Part shown: positions 8,634 through 18,938 of the stretch, in pieces
How the letters are laid out: each line of letters starts with the position of its first letter
How positions within the stretch are numbered: position 1 is the stretch's first letter
Assembly (NCBI GenBank): GCA_019752535.1
Contig: JAIEMA010000014.1
Location: forward strand, 42,036 to 106,035
Direction of reading: 5' to 3'
From: Bacteriovoracaceae bacterium
GTDB taxonomy: Bacteria; Bdellovibrionota; Bacteriovoracia; Bacteriovoracales; Bacteriovoracaceae
Length of the DNA stretch: 64,000 nt
Made by a program: the position numbers and the translations under genes
Notes under the pieces: model-generated
What the model was told of the DNA's origin: nothing
Seen by the model: the letters and a program-made list of their open reading frames with translations, nothing else
Database searches by the model: none

Positions 8634-9080
8634 TTAGAGATTCAATTTCAAGGCTGTTGGTTTTTGTGCTTCGTGAGTGTGAGTAGCGCCTACAAACACT
8701 TTCAATTTTGTTAATTGCTTACGACCTAAAGTATTTTTAGGAAGCATGCCTTTAACAGCTTCGAACACAATCAATTCAGGATGCTTAGCAAGCTGCTCTT
8801 TAGCAGTACGTCTCTTGATTCCACCAATGTGATTAGTGTGCCAATTGTACTCTTTCTCATCCCATTTCTTTCCAGTGAATTTAACTTTCTCTGCGTTCAC
8901 AACAACAACAAAGTCACCAGCGTCATTGTTTGTGCAGAAAGTTGGCTTATTTTTTCCACGAAGAACTTTTGCTACTTCAGAAGCAAGGCGTCCCACCACC
9001 ATGTCTGTGGCGTCGACGACCCACCATTTTTTATCTAACATGTCCGCTTCTTTAAGCGCGAACGATTTTTGCGTAATCAT
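8634..9080 (-). CDS. rplM: 50S ribosomal protein L13
   Basis: L13-like sequence begins at MITQKSFALKEADMLDKKWWVVDATDMVVGRLASEVAKVLRGKNKPTF (ATG 9080..9078). It is preceded by AGAGGTG 7 nt upstream. The 40-codon upstream extension in the ORF track (to 9200) is not L13-like. Confidence 0.9.
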   Translation of the reverse strand: MITQKSFALKEADMLDKKWWVVDATDMVVGRLASEVAKVLRGKNKPTFCTNNDAGDFVVVVNAEKVKFTGKKWDEKEYNWHTNHIGGIKRRTAKEQLAKHPELIVFEAVKGMLPKNTLGRKQLTKLKVFVGATHTHEAQKPTALKLNL

Positions 9081-9217
9081 AAAATACACCTCTATAAAAT
9101 CAAAAAAATATTTCTTTCCCCGGTTACCGTCGCTCTTCATAATGTTGAAGTAGAGGCCAAAACTTCTAAGTGAGGTTTCAGCATTCTTCATTGAATTCAT
9201 CTAGGTTTAAGGGGGGA

Positions 9218-12088
9218 CTAGAAGAACCCAATTGACACATGGAAGCGTCCGGGGGCCTCGAGATTACCATCAGCATCGCGCTTTCTCAAGAGCTTGAAGC
9301 CATAATCAAAGTCTAAAGTTCCTACTGGAGTAACGACCTTAAAGGTCACCCCCACCGACTGACGTAAATCGGAGAGGTTAACTGAATCCTTGTAGACGCG
9401 CCCCGCATCAAAGAAGACTCCGGCCATCAAAGAATCATTGATAAAATAGCGGGGTTCAAGCTTAAAGTTGGCCATGTAGGCCTTATCTTGGACTCTGTCG
9501 TCCCCAATATCTTTGCCGTTTGGAAGACGATTGATCTCTCGATCACTGAAGCCTCGAACAATATCCAGACCCGTGAGACGGAAAATTTTGATATTAGGAA
9601 TATAGCCTTCAGTCTGTTTTTGACCACTCTGTGGATCTATAACCGGATTGCCAGCTGAATCTGTTTGCAATTTTTTTGCTAAGTTCTCCTCAACACCTCC
9701 AACCATTGAGACAGCAATTGTCCCGCGTGGGATAGGGATGTAAAATCGATTTCTAGAAATCAGTTTATAGAAATTAATAGTGAGATCTTTCTTTTGCTGA
9801 GAAAGCAAAAGTGGATTTGCTATCTCGTTTGAAATATTGAACCAAGCACCAGCAGTTGGATTGATTCGTGTGTTTCGATAATCTGCCGTGAAACTAGGAG
9901 TAATAGCTCCAATTTCAAAGCTCCCATTGTCTCGGTTTTCAGTTGCATCGAATTGGTTAATACTTTCAAATTGGTGACGCAAAGATACTGAATATTTTGA
10001 TCCAAAATCTCGACTCAGCGTATTTGAGATTCTTCTGATATCAGCATCAAAAGAAAAGAATCTTCTTCGCTGAACAGTTAAACCAATTCCATAATTGACA
10101 TAAGTATCACTTACATCTGGAACGTTAAGCATTGCTGTAACGTTATATTCAAGCAGACTCTTTCCTTCACTCGCTCTTCTCGCATCAAAGGCCTGGGTGT
10201 TTACCCTCTGGTTGACTTGGCCAGTGAGTGAAGTGGAGATATTCTCACCAAGTAAATTGAGAAACGAGACAGTTCCCGATAGCTTCATTCCTATATCAGT
10301 CCTGAATCCAGGTGCAATTTCAATCAAGCCAAAATCTCTCTCAACGACCTCCACGGCCAAATCTGTTAAGGGAGTATCACCTTTGTGAAAAATGGGCTTC
10401 ACGCGAACAGTGGTAAAAAGCCCAGTTGAATTCAGATTATTTTCATATTCTTTTACTTTATTAGGAGTAATAGGATCGCCATGATTGAATGGAGATTTTC
10501 TTCGTAAAACTTTATTTCTTGTGTCTCTATTTCCAACAAGAACATGTCTATTAAACGTAATTCTCTTGCCCTTACGAATCTTGATATCAATTTTTACTGA
10601 AGAGGTATCCTTTCCATAATTGACTATGTCATCAGCATCACGATTATAGACTTCGGCGTTGTACCAACCTAGATCTTGAAGTGTATCAGTTATTAATTTT
10701 ATATCTTCCGCAAAGGCTATAGGATTGAAGAAATTGCCCTGCTTTGTTTTAAGAGATTCAGCTATTTCTGTGGTTTCTTGATCTGTTAATCCTGAGAACT
10801 TAATCTCATCAACGAAAACACGACTCCCCTCTACGACAGTGTATTCTAAGTTTGCAGAAGTGGGATCATCCCCGTAACTCACGCGTGGGTCTTCTATACT
10901 TGCTCGTACAAAACCAAGCTGAATGTATTGATTCTTTAGCCAATTCGCAAAGTTCTTATTTGATTCTTCGTCATAGAATCCAGCTCCAGAGAGCTCACTT
11001 GCCTGCTCTTCCCACATCTTCTTGAGCTTTCGTTCATTAAAGTAATTTGAGCCGACAAAATGGACTTCCCTTACCCTCGTTCTTACACCCTCGAAAATTT
11101 CAACTTTAGAATGGTTAACCCAATCATTTTGTGAATTCTTATAACGAGAGAGAGTGAGTTTAATATCAGAGTTAAGGTAACCATTTTTCTTTAAAGAATC
11201 TTTGATACCCACTTTTAAAGTCGACTCATCAATCGGTCTTCTATAGCGCCTAAATAATTCTCGTACAATTGGGCCGAACTCCATTTTAACATCAACGGCG
11301 GGAGGTGGAGGTTGAACAATGTCAAAAACCCATTGCTCTACTGGTGCAATTAAGGCTTCCAATACGACATTATCCCCTTTCTTCTTTGGAGTAAGTGTTA
11401 CCGTCGTGAGGAAATATCCATAGCTAAAAAGTTCTAACTCTAATTCATCCGCTTTTGTACGAACAAGTTGAACATCATAGTTTTTAAATTTAAGCTCTTC
11501 AAATTTTTGAGTCGCAAATTTTCTCACCGTTTCTGAGTTTGTTGTGACTTTGATATCCTCTAAAACTTGAGGAATGCCAGGTTCAATATCTATGACGATG
11601 TTTGTCTCGTTATCTCTTGTTTTCGTATTGTAATTTATTTCAGAACGAGGATATCCTTTACTGGCCAGATATTGTCTCAGTCTTAGGGTTTCCTCATCAA
11701 GAAGATCATCTTCAAACCATTGCGAAGACTTGATCTTAATATTTCTTTCAACATATTCCTTTATTAATGGGTCAGAGCTTTTGACTTGTATGCTGCCGAT
11801 AATGTTTTTAGGAAAAAAGTTGATTGTCAGTGTATTCAGTTCAGCTTTTTCATTTAGTTCCCAATGGAAATTTCTAAAACCTCCCATCGAAACAACAACT
11901 TTCAATGTTTGACGAAGATGCGTTGTATTTCTATAAGTATCTTTAAGTGTCTCAAGTCTTATTTTGGTTTTTTGACAATATTGTGTTTCACCACAATTTA
12001 TTACTAATTGATCGACCTTAAGGACTGCCCTCGCCTGAGCCGAGATTATCAAAAAAGTGAATAGAGACAAAAGTTTGATCACATTCAT
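9218..12088 (-). CDS. Omp85-family outer-membrane beta-barrel assembly protein (BamA/TamA-like)
   Basis: 956 aa. Signal peptide MNVIKLLSLFTFLIISAQARA, POTRA-like repeats, a C-terminal barrel and a terminal aromatic signature ...GRFHVSIGFF. The start overlaps the tamB stop (ATGA at 12085-12088). Confidence 0.85.
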   Translation of the reverse strand: MNVIKLLSLFTFLIISAQARAVLKVDQLVINCGETQYCQKTKIRLETLKDTYRNTTHLRQTLKVVVSMGGFRNFHWELNEKAELNTLTINFFPKNIIGSIQVKSSDPLIKEYVERNIKIKSSQWFEDDLLDEETLRLRQYLASKGYPRSEINYNTKTRDNETNIVIDIEPGIPQVLEDIKVTTNSETVRKFATQKFEELKFKNYDVQLVRTKADELELELFSYGYFLTTVTLTPKKKGDNVVLEALIAPVEQWVFDIVQPPPPAVDVKMEFGPIVRELFRRYRRPIDESTLKVGIKDSLKKNGYLNSDIKLTLSRYKNSQNDWVNHSKVEIFEGVRTRVREVHFVGSNYFNERKLKKMWEEQASELSGAGFYDEESNKNFANWLKNQYIQLGFVRASIEDPRVSYGDDPTSANLEYTVVEGSRVFVDEIKFSGLTDQETTEIAESLKTKQGNFFNPIAFAEDIKLITDTLQDLGWYNAEVYNRDADDIVNYGKDTSSVKIDIKIRKGKRITFNRHVLVGNRDTRNKVLRRKSPFNHGDPITPNKVKEYENNLNSTGLFTTVRVKPIFHKGDTPLTDLAVEVVERDFGLIEIAPGFRTDIGMKLSGTVSFLNLLGENISTSLTGQVNQRVNTQAFDARRASEGKSLLEYNVTAMLNVPDVSDTYVNYGIGLTVQRRRFFSFDADIRRISNTLSRDFGSKYSVSLRHQFESINQFDATENRDNGSFEIGAITPSFTADYRNTRINPTAGAWFNISNEIANPLLLSQQKKDLTINFYKLISRNRFYIPIPRGTIAVSMVGGVEENLAKKLQTDSAGNPVIDPQSGQKQTEGYIPNIKIFRLTGLDIVRGFSDREINRLPNGKDIGDDRVQDKAYMANFKLEPRYFINDSLMAGVFFDAGRVYKDSVNLSDLRQSVGVTFKVVTPVGTLDFDYGFKLLRKRDADGNLEAPGRFHVSIGFF

Positions 12089-15000
12089 TTAAATGTCATC
12101 CTAAACTTAACGTCGCCACCTATCGAGTTATCGATAATGTCTTCAGTTCCCTCTGCGTTTGTTCTTAGCTCATAGATACCTTCAAGTTGAACTTTTCTTG
12201 AAAGTCCATAATTCAGATTCATACGCTGTCGCTGACCAATTGAACCACCCACGGTGCTTGATACAGATAAGCTCATCGCTTCCGATATTCTTTTCTTAAC
12301 CTCAATATTTGTTGCCGTTCTTGTTCTTGCTAGAGCATTTGCTCCCCCCGTTTGGTCTTGGGATCTTCCGGCGAGCATACTGTCACTTGATTGGACAAAC
12401 ACTGTTCCAAGATTCACTTGTAGACCAAATTGCTTTTTAACGATGTCTGTTACTTTGAATTGATCAAAGATAAATGATCCTACACCAACGTTCGTTAAGT
12501 TTTGTCTCTCTCCTGCGGAGATGGAATTAGATAAATCATCTGTATAGCCAAAGGCGATAAGGGAGAGGATATTTTGCTTTGAGAGAGCGGGGTCAGAGGA
12601 TAAATCGAAAGTAAAACTCTCTGGATTACCAAATGCTTTGGCTGTGACTTTATAATTTGCAATCACGGAGCTCGCGGCCACTTCAAAATCAGGATTGGTG
12701 ATCTTCTTTCTGCTACTAAACAGCAACTCTGCTTTGTTGATTTGGTATTCACTGTTTTTGAAAAAGACTTTAGAGGCACCCTGTGAAGTCTGCACCTTGC
12801 CTTCAGCTGCGGGATTTAGGACATCGCCAGAGAGCTGTAAGTCTCCAACCAAATAAACATCCATGAGTGAATTATTGAGATTTATCGGATTTTCAGTTCG
12901 GACAGAGAGATCCAGATTCACAAGATTTGAAAATGCACCATCTTGCTCGCTTGGAAGATATTTTGTGTCGGCCGACTGAGACCCCTTGCCCGTAAAATCA
13001 TTTAACTCATTTAGGATTGAGCCCTTGTTTATTGTGATGTCTCCATTAAGTAAATAAGGTGGCTTTCCACCAAAAAGCATTCCACTGCCTGAGGCCGTAA
13101 TATGAGATTTGTTTTTTATGGGAATAGAAGCTCTCTCTAAAGTGTATCTAATGTTTACATCAGGATTGATTCGGTTAAAAGCGATGGAGCCATTCGCCTG
13201 AACTTTTCCAGAATCAGGTCTAAATGAGAAATTTTCAATTTCCAACTCACCTTCATTTACAGAGATAGAGTAATTTAAATTGCCCATGCTAAAGGGAAGC
13301 AAATCGGTTGTAAGGGTTATATCTTTTGCCGTTGACTCTAAACCAATGTCGAACTTATTACTTTTTAATATATTGCGAAGAGAAACCAAGAATCTCCCCT
13401 CAGCTCTTTGAATGTGTTTACTGAGTAGTTCAAGATATTTAGCCTCAGCATCTAGATCGGTTTTAACAACAATCCCTTGATCTATGCCACCCGTCGCTTT
13501 GGAGTTTAATCTGAAGTCATTGTTAATGACTTTAAAATCCCAGCTTTGAATAGTTCCATCGCGTACAATGATTTGAGGGGTTGGGAAATTTTGCTTAATT
13601 CCAATCTCAGGAGTAATTAGCTGGAGATTCTTTAGCCATAATTTTGAATTCAGCTTATCCCACTGCCAATCGGTAACAGATAAAGTTGAAGAGAGCTTCA
13701 CCTGTCCTGTTGAATTCAGGAGCTGGGGATTCTCTCCTAGTAGGCCGCGCATGAAGAGAGGGAGATCATCAATATCTACTTCAAGTGTTGCAGAAACAGT
13801 TTGTTTGTTCTTGTTTGTATATGATGAAGCAAACAGACTTATCCAGCCATTAACAATCTTCGCATCAAGATTAATTGATTCGTTAGAGACATCCCATTCG
13901 AAAATGCTATCAGGGATATATTTGTCATAAATCCTAGACTTCGTTAAGGCGAGATATCCCTTATGGCTCCACCTTGAGGATGAATAACTACCTTTGAATT
14001 CACCTACACCATTGAACTCCACAGATAATGGAAGTTTTTTATAAAATGATATTTCAGTAGAAGACATATTACGCAAAGAGAGCTGATAATCGAGGCGGCT
14101 TGCATTCAAATTGTATGCAATGTCACTAAACACTTTGCCCTCTTCTTTGATGACTGAAAAATTCTTTAACTGGATGACTTTATCCGCGTAGATGAATGTA
14201 AATTTAGAATCTTTGAACGCTTCTCCATAGGCCGTAATTTTCTGTGCATAAACATCAGCTCCCACTTTTAAGTTTTTGATGGAGTCTTTTGCAAAGATCT
14301 CAACCCCACCCTGGATGTTTGCTTCAAAATCAGAGGGCAGAAATGAGAGTCCAGAGGATATTGGTGAAATAGCATCTTTAAATTCAGAATAACTGATATT
14401 AGGAATATCAATTGATAGATCTAATAAGAATTTTTTAAAATTAACAATTCCCGATCCAGAGTAAGCATAGCGACTTTTCTTTGCTTTAAAAAATGGAAGC
14501 TCAACAGATCCATCTTTAAGAGAAATATCAATTCGATGATTTGTATCACCAAGCTTATAACCCAAAATTTCAAAGTTTCTAAAATCGCCTTCAATAGAAA
14601 AGGAGACATCATCAAGAGGCCCCGATACTGATATTTTGTTCTCGCCCTCACCTTTGAGATCTAGCTCCGCTATATTTCCAAAATCCTGAAGCGAAATATT
14701 ATTCAGTGGAATTTTAAAATTCACACCATTCTTGTTTACCGATCCAGAGATATCAAATTGAGACTTTGGTGCTTTAATGTTTGCGCTCATCTGAAACTCA
14801 CCGTTAATGACATTGAATTCTGACTTGTAAAGCCAGAGCTCCGGTGCCTTAACGACATTCATTATTTGTGTGTCTGATTTTTTGATTTCAAGGCGCAATC
14901 CCTCAACTTTGAATCCGCTATCAGGGGTGAAGTAGAGATTTTTTCCCTTGAGTTGAAATTTAATGTTTCCCGTAATTGCACCTTTCAAAGGTTGCAATGG

Positions 15001-16095
15001 CTCGCCTAGGAAAGTTAGGGCATTATTCAACTCTAGTTTTTGCACCTTAGCCAATACAGGGTCGGGAAGGATTTTTCTATTTTTTTGATCCCAAACAAGC
15101 ACGGGAGAAATTAAATCGATTTTTTCATTATGATTTTTTAAAGAAAGTGTAGGAATAGAAATCCCGATCTCATTTGAAATAATTTTTCCGAGGATAAGCT
15201 CTGATCTGACAATATTAGATTCCAGATTCGTTATTTCAAAATCAGAACTCAATCGCGGGCCTGATTTTTCAGACCAGGTCAACTTGCCCTTTGTCTTAAC
15301 AATTCCATCAAAAACTTTTACGGGTTCTATTTCTAACCACTCTTTAATATCAGGTAGAAAAACTTCCGAATCTATATCTCCCTCTACGAGAGTTTTGGTG
15401 ACGTCACTCCAATCTTTGATCGTTAGATTGCCCTTTATCTGAGATCTCTTTTGTAAAATTTGAAATGACTTAGCGAAAATATAATCTTTCTTTAAATCAC
15501 CTATAATTCTGAGTAAGTCGATGCTACTTGGTATTTTTTCATGGCCTATCTGTTTTAAATCTCCATCAATCCTAATGACCTTACTTCCGGGAAAAATTAC
15601 TAAGTTATTCACATCGAGGCTTACCCCCTCAACAATAACCCTACTATCACTTATCGCCAGTGAACCAATATCAATCGGAAGTTTTTCTAGTTCGTTTTGA
15701 ATAACGTCCCATGGATGCTTCCCAGAAGATTCATCTTTTGCAATTTCAAGTTTTGCAAATCCTTCGCGAAGAAAAATTTCCTTAAGTCGAAACTTGCTGT
15801 TTCTGAACGTATCGAGATCGAAAAAGACGCCGAGTTCACCCGCCTCAGCAAAAATCTTTGTCCCTTCTTTGTTATATTCAAGATTGATGTTTTCTAGAGC
15901 AATGCCCGGGGGAAAGAACTTCATTCCAATTCGGCTAAATTTTATTTTTGTATCAAATTTTTGTGAAGAGACTTCAGTAATGGCTTTAGACAATAATCGG
16001 CCGAATGCCTTTGATTGAATGAAGGCCCAGCCAGCTGCTGAGAGAGCAACAAATAGCAAAAGAAAAAAGACTAGAACAGTATTGATTCTAGACAA
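12085..16095 (-). CDS. tamB: Translocation and assembly module protein TamB-like (DUF490-type C-terminus)
   Basis: 1336 aa. N-terminal membrane anchor VLVFFLLLFVALSAAGWAF, a long beta-rich body, and the C-terminus ...MNLNYGLSRKVQLEGIYELRTN...GGDVKFRMTFK. TTG start at 16095. Coupled to the Omp85 gene. Confidence 0.75.
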   Translation of the reverse strand: MSRINTVLVFFLLLFVALSAAGWAFIQSKAFGRLLSKAITEVSSQKFDTKIKFSRIGMKFFPPGIALENINLEYNKEGTKIFAEAGELGVFFDLDTFRNSKFRLKEIFLREGFAKLEIAKDESSGKHPWDVIQNELEKLPIDIGSLAISDSRVIVEGVSLDVNNLVIFPGSKVIRIDGDLKQIGHEKIPSSIDLLRIIGDLKKDYIFAKSFQILQKRSQIKGNLTIKDWSDVTKTLVEGDIDSEVFLPDIKEWLEIEPVKVFDGIVKTKGKLTWSEKSGPRLSSDFEITNLESNIVRSELILGKIISNEIGISIPTLSLKNHNEKIDLISPVLVWDQKNRKILPDPVLAKVQKLELNNALTFLGEPLQPLKGAITGNIKFQLKGKNLYFTPDSGFKVEGLRLEIKKSDTQIMNVVKAPELWLYKSEFNVINGEFQMSANIKAPKSQFDISGSVNKNGVNFKIPLNNISLQDFGNIAELDLKGEGENKISVSGPLDDVSFSIEGDFRNFEILGYKLGDTNHRIDISLKDGSVELPFFKAKKSRYAYSGSGIVNFKKFLLDLSIDIPNISYSEFKDAISPISSGLSFLPSDFEANIQGGVEIFAKDSIKNLKVGADVYAQKITAYGEAFKDSKFTFIYADKVIQLKNFSVIKEEGKVFSDIAYNLNASRLDYQLSLRNMSSTEISFYKKLPLSVEFNGVGEFKGSYSSSRWSHKGYLALTKSRIYDKYIPDSIFEWDVSNESINLDAKIVNGWISLFASSYTNKNKQTVSATLEVDIDDLPLFMRGLLGENPQLLNSTGQVKLSSTLSVTDWQWDKLNSKLWLKNLQLITPEIGIKQNFPTPQIIVRDGTIQSWDFKVINNDFRLNSKATGGIDQGIVVKTDLDAEAKYLELLSKHIQRAEGRFLVSLRNILKSNKFDIGLESTAKDITLTTDLLPFSMGNLNYSISVNEGELEIENFSFRPDSGKVQANGSIAFNRINPDVNIRYTLERASIPIKNKSHITASGSGMLFGGKPPYLLNGDITINKGSILNELNDFTGKGSQSADTKYLPSEQDGAFSNLVNLDLSVRTENPINLNNSLMDVYLVGDLQLSGDVLNPAAEGKVQTSQGASKVFFKNSEYQINKAELLFSSRKKITNPDFEVAASSVIANYKVTAKAFGNPESFTFDLSSDPALSKQNILSLIAFGYTDDLSNSISAGERQNLTNVGVGSFIFDQFKVTDIVKKQFGLQVNLGTVFVQSSDSMLAGRSQDQTGGANALARTRTATNIEVKKRISEAMSLSVSSTVGGSIGQRQRMNLNYGLSRKVQLEGIYELRTNAEGTEDIIDNSIGGDVKFRMTFK

Positions 16096-17533
16096 TGCTT
16101 GCCACCCTTTCTCTTACCAGGCGATAACTTGGATCCATCTCTTCAACAATTCTCAAAGTATTCTTTCCGTCAGCTTTTCTACCAAGCTTCAGATATAAGC
16201 TACCTTCTACATATTTCAGTTCTTTGAATTCATCGATTGTTAGATCTTTTCTGCCAAGCATCTCCTCAATAAAAGCGAGGGCAAGATGCTTTTGTCCCAT
16301 GTCTAAGGAATGAATGACTTGGAAATATTTTATTTTTTTGTAGGATTCTGAATCAATCTCTTGAGTATCAAATTTGTTCAATAACCAACCCACAACTCTA
16401 TTGAGTCCCATCATTTTGTAGGTCACTAATAAGTCCGGCAGCTGAGTGATGTTGGGCGATAATAGTTCGAGCTGTTTAATCATGTTTGACTCAACAGACT
16501 TGTATTCATCTCTGTCGTCTTCACTAACCAAATCTGATTTCTCATCTTGGGTGATTGGCTCAAGTAACTTAAGATCGTCTTCACTCAAAACCACTTTATC
16601 ATTAAACTCCTCGGCTTGATGTTTTCTCTCCCCACCTTTCTCCAATGCCCATTTTTTTAAGTTGGAGTCATACCGAGTAAGCTTTACAAAGGAATATCCT
16701 TTCTTCTTTTTAATTTGAGAAAAGCATTCATTTAGGATTTCCACTTCGTTTGTCATTAAAGCGACTTCCAAACACAGTTTGAGATTCTTAAACGATTGAT
16801 CATTAACAATGACTTCAATGAGTTTTTTCCAGTCTTCTTTTGGAATGCCTTCAGTGGTAAGTAATTTTCTCTGCAAGTGACAAAAGTGATTAACCAAAAC
16901 GGATTCACCATTGGATGTATCCAGGGTGCTCATCACATTGTTTATGGTTTCAAGGATTTCAATTTTAGATGTTTCAGCGAGGTCATCAATCTTTATCCAC
17001 TTGCGATTAATATCTTCTAAAATCTTGATATAGCTTTTTTCTGCCTCAGCGATATTCTCTAGGATCACACAGGCCTGAAGAAACACTATTTGAAAAAAAA
17101 GACTGTGAGGGAATCTCTGCTTGTAGAGTGACGACTGATTTAATAGTTTGTGTGTTAATTTTTTCTCAACAAGAAGACTTAACTCTTTAATCGCAATTGT
17201 CTTACTCGTATGCACTTCACCGCGCTCAAAAGCTGCTGCTGATAAATGCTCAAAATAAAATGATTTATTTATTTCTGGAATATATTTTTGATTAAGCTGA
17301 AGGAACTCAACCAGCTCTTTCCACATTTTGTTGTTAAAAAGATGATCAGAGTATTTTCTTATTTCTCTCCAACATGATTCTTCACGAAGAATTTTTGCGC
17401 ACTCAACCAGCATTAAGAAATAATGATCTCTCACCTCGGCTTGAGTAGTGATATCGACTCGGGCAAAATGGGCATCTGCTTCCAGGAATTGGCGCGCCTC
17501 ATACGCGGCTTTTCCAAGCTCATAATGATTCAT
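16088..17533 (-). CDS. Hypothetical cytoplasmic helical-repeat (TPR-like) protein
   Basis: 481-aa ORF with no signal peptide or TM, all-helical in appearance. Strong SD (AGGAGGGGG) before ATG 17533. Its stop overlaps the tamB TTG start by 8 nt. Confidence 0.6.
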   Translation of the reverse strand: MNHYELGKAAYEARQFLEADAHFARVDITTQAEVRDHYFLMLVECAKILREESCWREIRKYSDHLFNNKMWKELVEFLQLNQKYIPEINKSFYFEHLSAAAFERGEVHTSKTIAIKELSLLVEKKLTHKLLNQSSLYKQRFPHSLFFQIVFLQACVILENIAEAEKSYIKILEDINRKWIKIDDLAETSKIEILETINNVMSTLDTSNGESVLVNHFCHLQRKLLTTEGIPKEDWKKLIEVIVNDQSFKNLKLCLEVALMTNEVEILNECFSQIKKKKGYSFVKLTRYDSNLKKWALEKGGERKHQAEEFNDKVVLSEDDLKLLEPITQDEKSDLVSEDDRDEYKSVESNMIKQLELLSPNITQLPDLLVTYKMMGLNRVVGWLLNKFDTQEIDSESYKKIKYFQVIHSLDMGQKHLALAFIEEMLGRKDLTIDEFKELKYVEGSLYLKLGRKADGKNTLRIVEEMDPSYRLVRERVASIV

Positions 17534-17579
17534 AGTAACCCCCTCCTGGGGTTATTTAACTTCCTGATATCATTATACT

Positions 17580-18938
17580 TTATTCGTGTAATTTCGTGAG
17601 AAAATTTGTTGAATAACGGTTAGCAATAAAGTCTGGATGACTGATGATTTTCTTATGAAGATCTATATTTGTCTGAATACCTGAGACAACTATTTCATTA
17701 AGAGCTCTCATGCCTCTGGCGAGGCATTTTTCACGAGAATCAGCCGTTATGATGACTTTTGAGACCATAGAGTCATAGTAAGGAGGTACGGTATAGCCTG
17801 TATAAATGAAATCATCAGAGCGAACACCCAAGCCACCAGGTCGGTGATAATGAGTGATGGCCCCCGGAGAAGGCATCCCTGTTTTTCCATCTTCTGCATT
17901 TATTCTAAATTCGATGACATGACCCCGGAAATTTATGTCAGCTTGCTTTATTGTTAATTTGTGACCCATGGCCACTCTGATTTGTTCAGCAATCAGATCA
18001 ATTCCAGTTCTTTGTTCAGTGACTGGATGCTCTACTTGAATACGCGTGTTCATTTCCATGAAATAGAAGCGTCCATCGTCTTGATCAAAAAGATATTCAA
18101 CCGTTCCTACTGAATCATAACCAACTGCTTTAGCTAGTCGAATTGAAGCATCACACATTTCTTTACGTGTTTTTTCGGGAAGAACAGGAGAAGGACTCTC
18201 CTCTAAAATCTTTTGAAAACGTCTCTGAATGGTGCAGTCACGTTCACCTAGATGAAGAATATTTCCATGCTTATCTGCAAGAATTTGAATTTCTATGTGG
18301 CGTGGATTTTGAACATATTTTTCAATAAATAATGTTCCATCACCAAAGGCATTTTTTGCTTCGACTTCAAGGCGAGCGAGTGTGTCGGGAAGTTCCGCTT
18401 CACTCTCAATTCGCTTCATTCCTCTTCCGCCGCCGCCCGCTGAAGCCTTAATCAAAATGGGATAACCCATCTTTTTTGCTTCTTTTTTAATTTCTTCTAA
18501 ATCCTTCCCCTTCACATAAATAGGCTCAAGGGTCGGAACTCCGGCCTCACGGGCCAGAATCTTTGATTCAATTTTATCACCCATTTTGCGAACACATTCC
18601 GGCGAGGGGCCAATAAATGTTATCCCCCACTTCGCACACATTTCTGAAAACTCATCATCTTCAGAGAGGAATCCGTAACCTGGGTGGATCGCATCCGCTC
18701 CTGTAATATCGGCAGCAGAAAGGATTTGAGGAATATTTAAATAACTTTGAGCACTCTTAGGAGGTCCAATACAAACTGACTCATCGGCCATTTTTACATG
18801 AAGACTGTCTTCATCAGCAGTGGAATGAATACTTACAGTTTCAATGCCAAGTTCTTTGCAAGAACGAATAATTCGAACAGCAATTTCACCACGATTGGCG
18901 ATGAGAACTTTTTTAAATGGTTTTACTGTTGAGCTCAT
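17580..18938 (-). CDS. accC: Acetyl-CoA carboxylase, biotin carboxylase subunit
   Basis: 452 aa. FKKVLIANRGEIAVRIIRSCKELGIETV..., GGGGRGM and EMNTRIQVEHPVTE are classic AccC motifs. Confidence 0.95.
   Translation of the reverse strand: MSSTVKPFKKVLIANRGEIAVRIIRSCKELGIETVSIHSTADEDSLHVKMADESVCIGPPKSAQSYLNIPQILSAADITGADAIHPGYGFLSEDDEFSEMCAKWGITFIGPSPECVRKMGDKIESKILAREAGVPTLEPIYVKGKDLEEIKKEAKKMGYPILIKASAGGGGRGMKRIESEAELPDTLARLEVEAKNAFGDGTLFIEKYVQNPRHIEIQILADKHGNILHLGERDCTIQRRFQKILEESPSPVLPEKTRKEMCDASIRLAKAVGYDSVGTVEYLFDQDDGRFYFMEMNTRIQVEHPVTEQRTGIDLIAEQIRVAMGHKLTIKQADINFRGHVIEFRINAEDGKTGMPSPGAITHYHRPGGLGVRSDDFIYTGYTVPPYYDSMVSKVIITADSREKCLARGMRALNEIVVSGIQTNIDLHKKIISHPDFIANRYSTNFLTKLHE

Noticed and set aside
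9081-9200. N-terminal extensions offered by the ORF track for rplM (to 9200), pilQ (to 23286), aroQ (to 20422) and fliD (from 54986)
   Set aside because: The family-like sequence starts at internal start codons that have proper SD sequences or signal peptides. The extensions are not homologous-looking, and in several cases they overlap upstream genes.
17572-17577. TATAAT box after accC as a confident promoter for the TamB operon
   Set aside because: No acceptable -35 (best is TTCTCA at 19-nt spacing) and no extended -10 TG. It is therefore kept only as a remark within a finding, not annotated as a feature.
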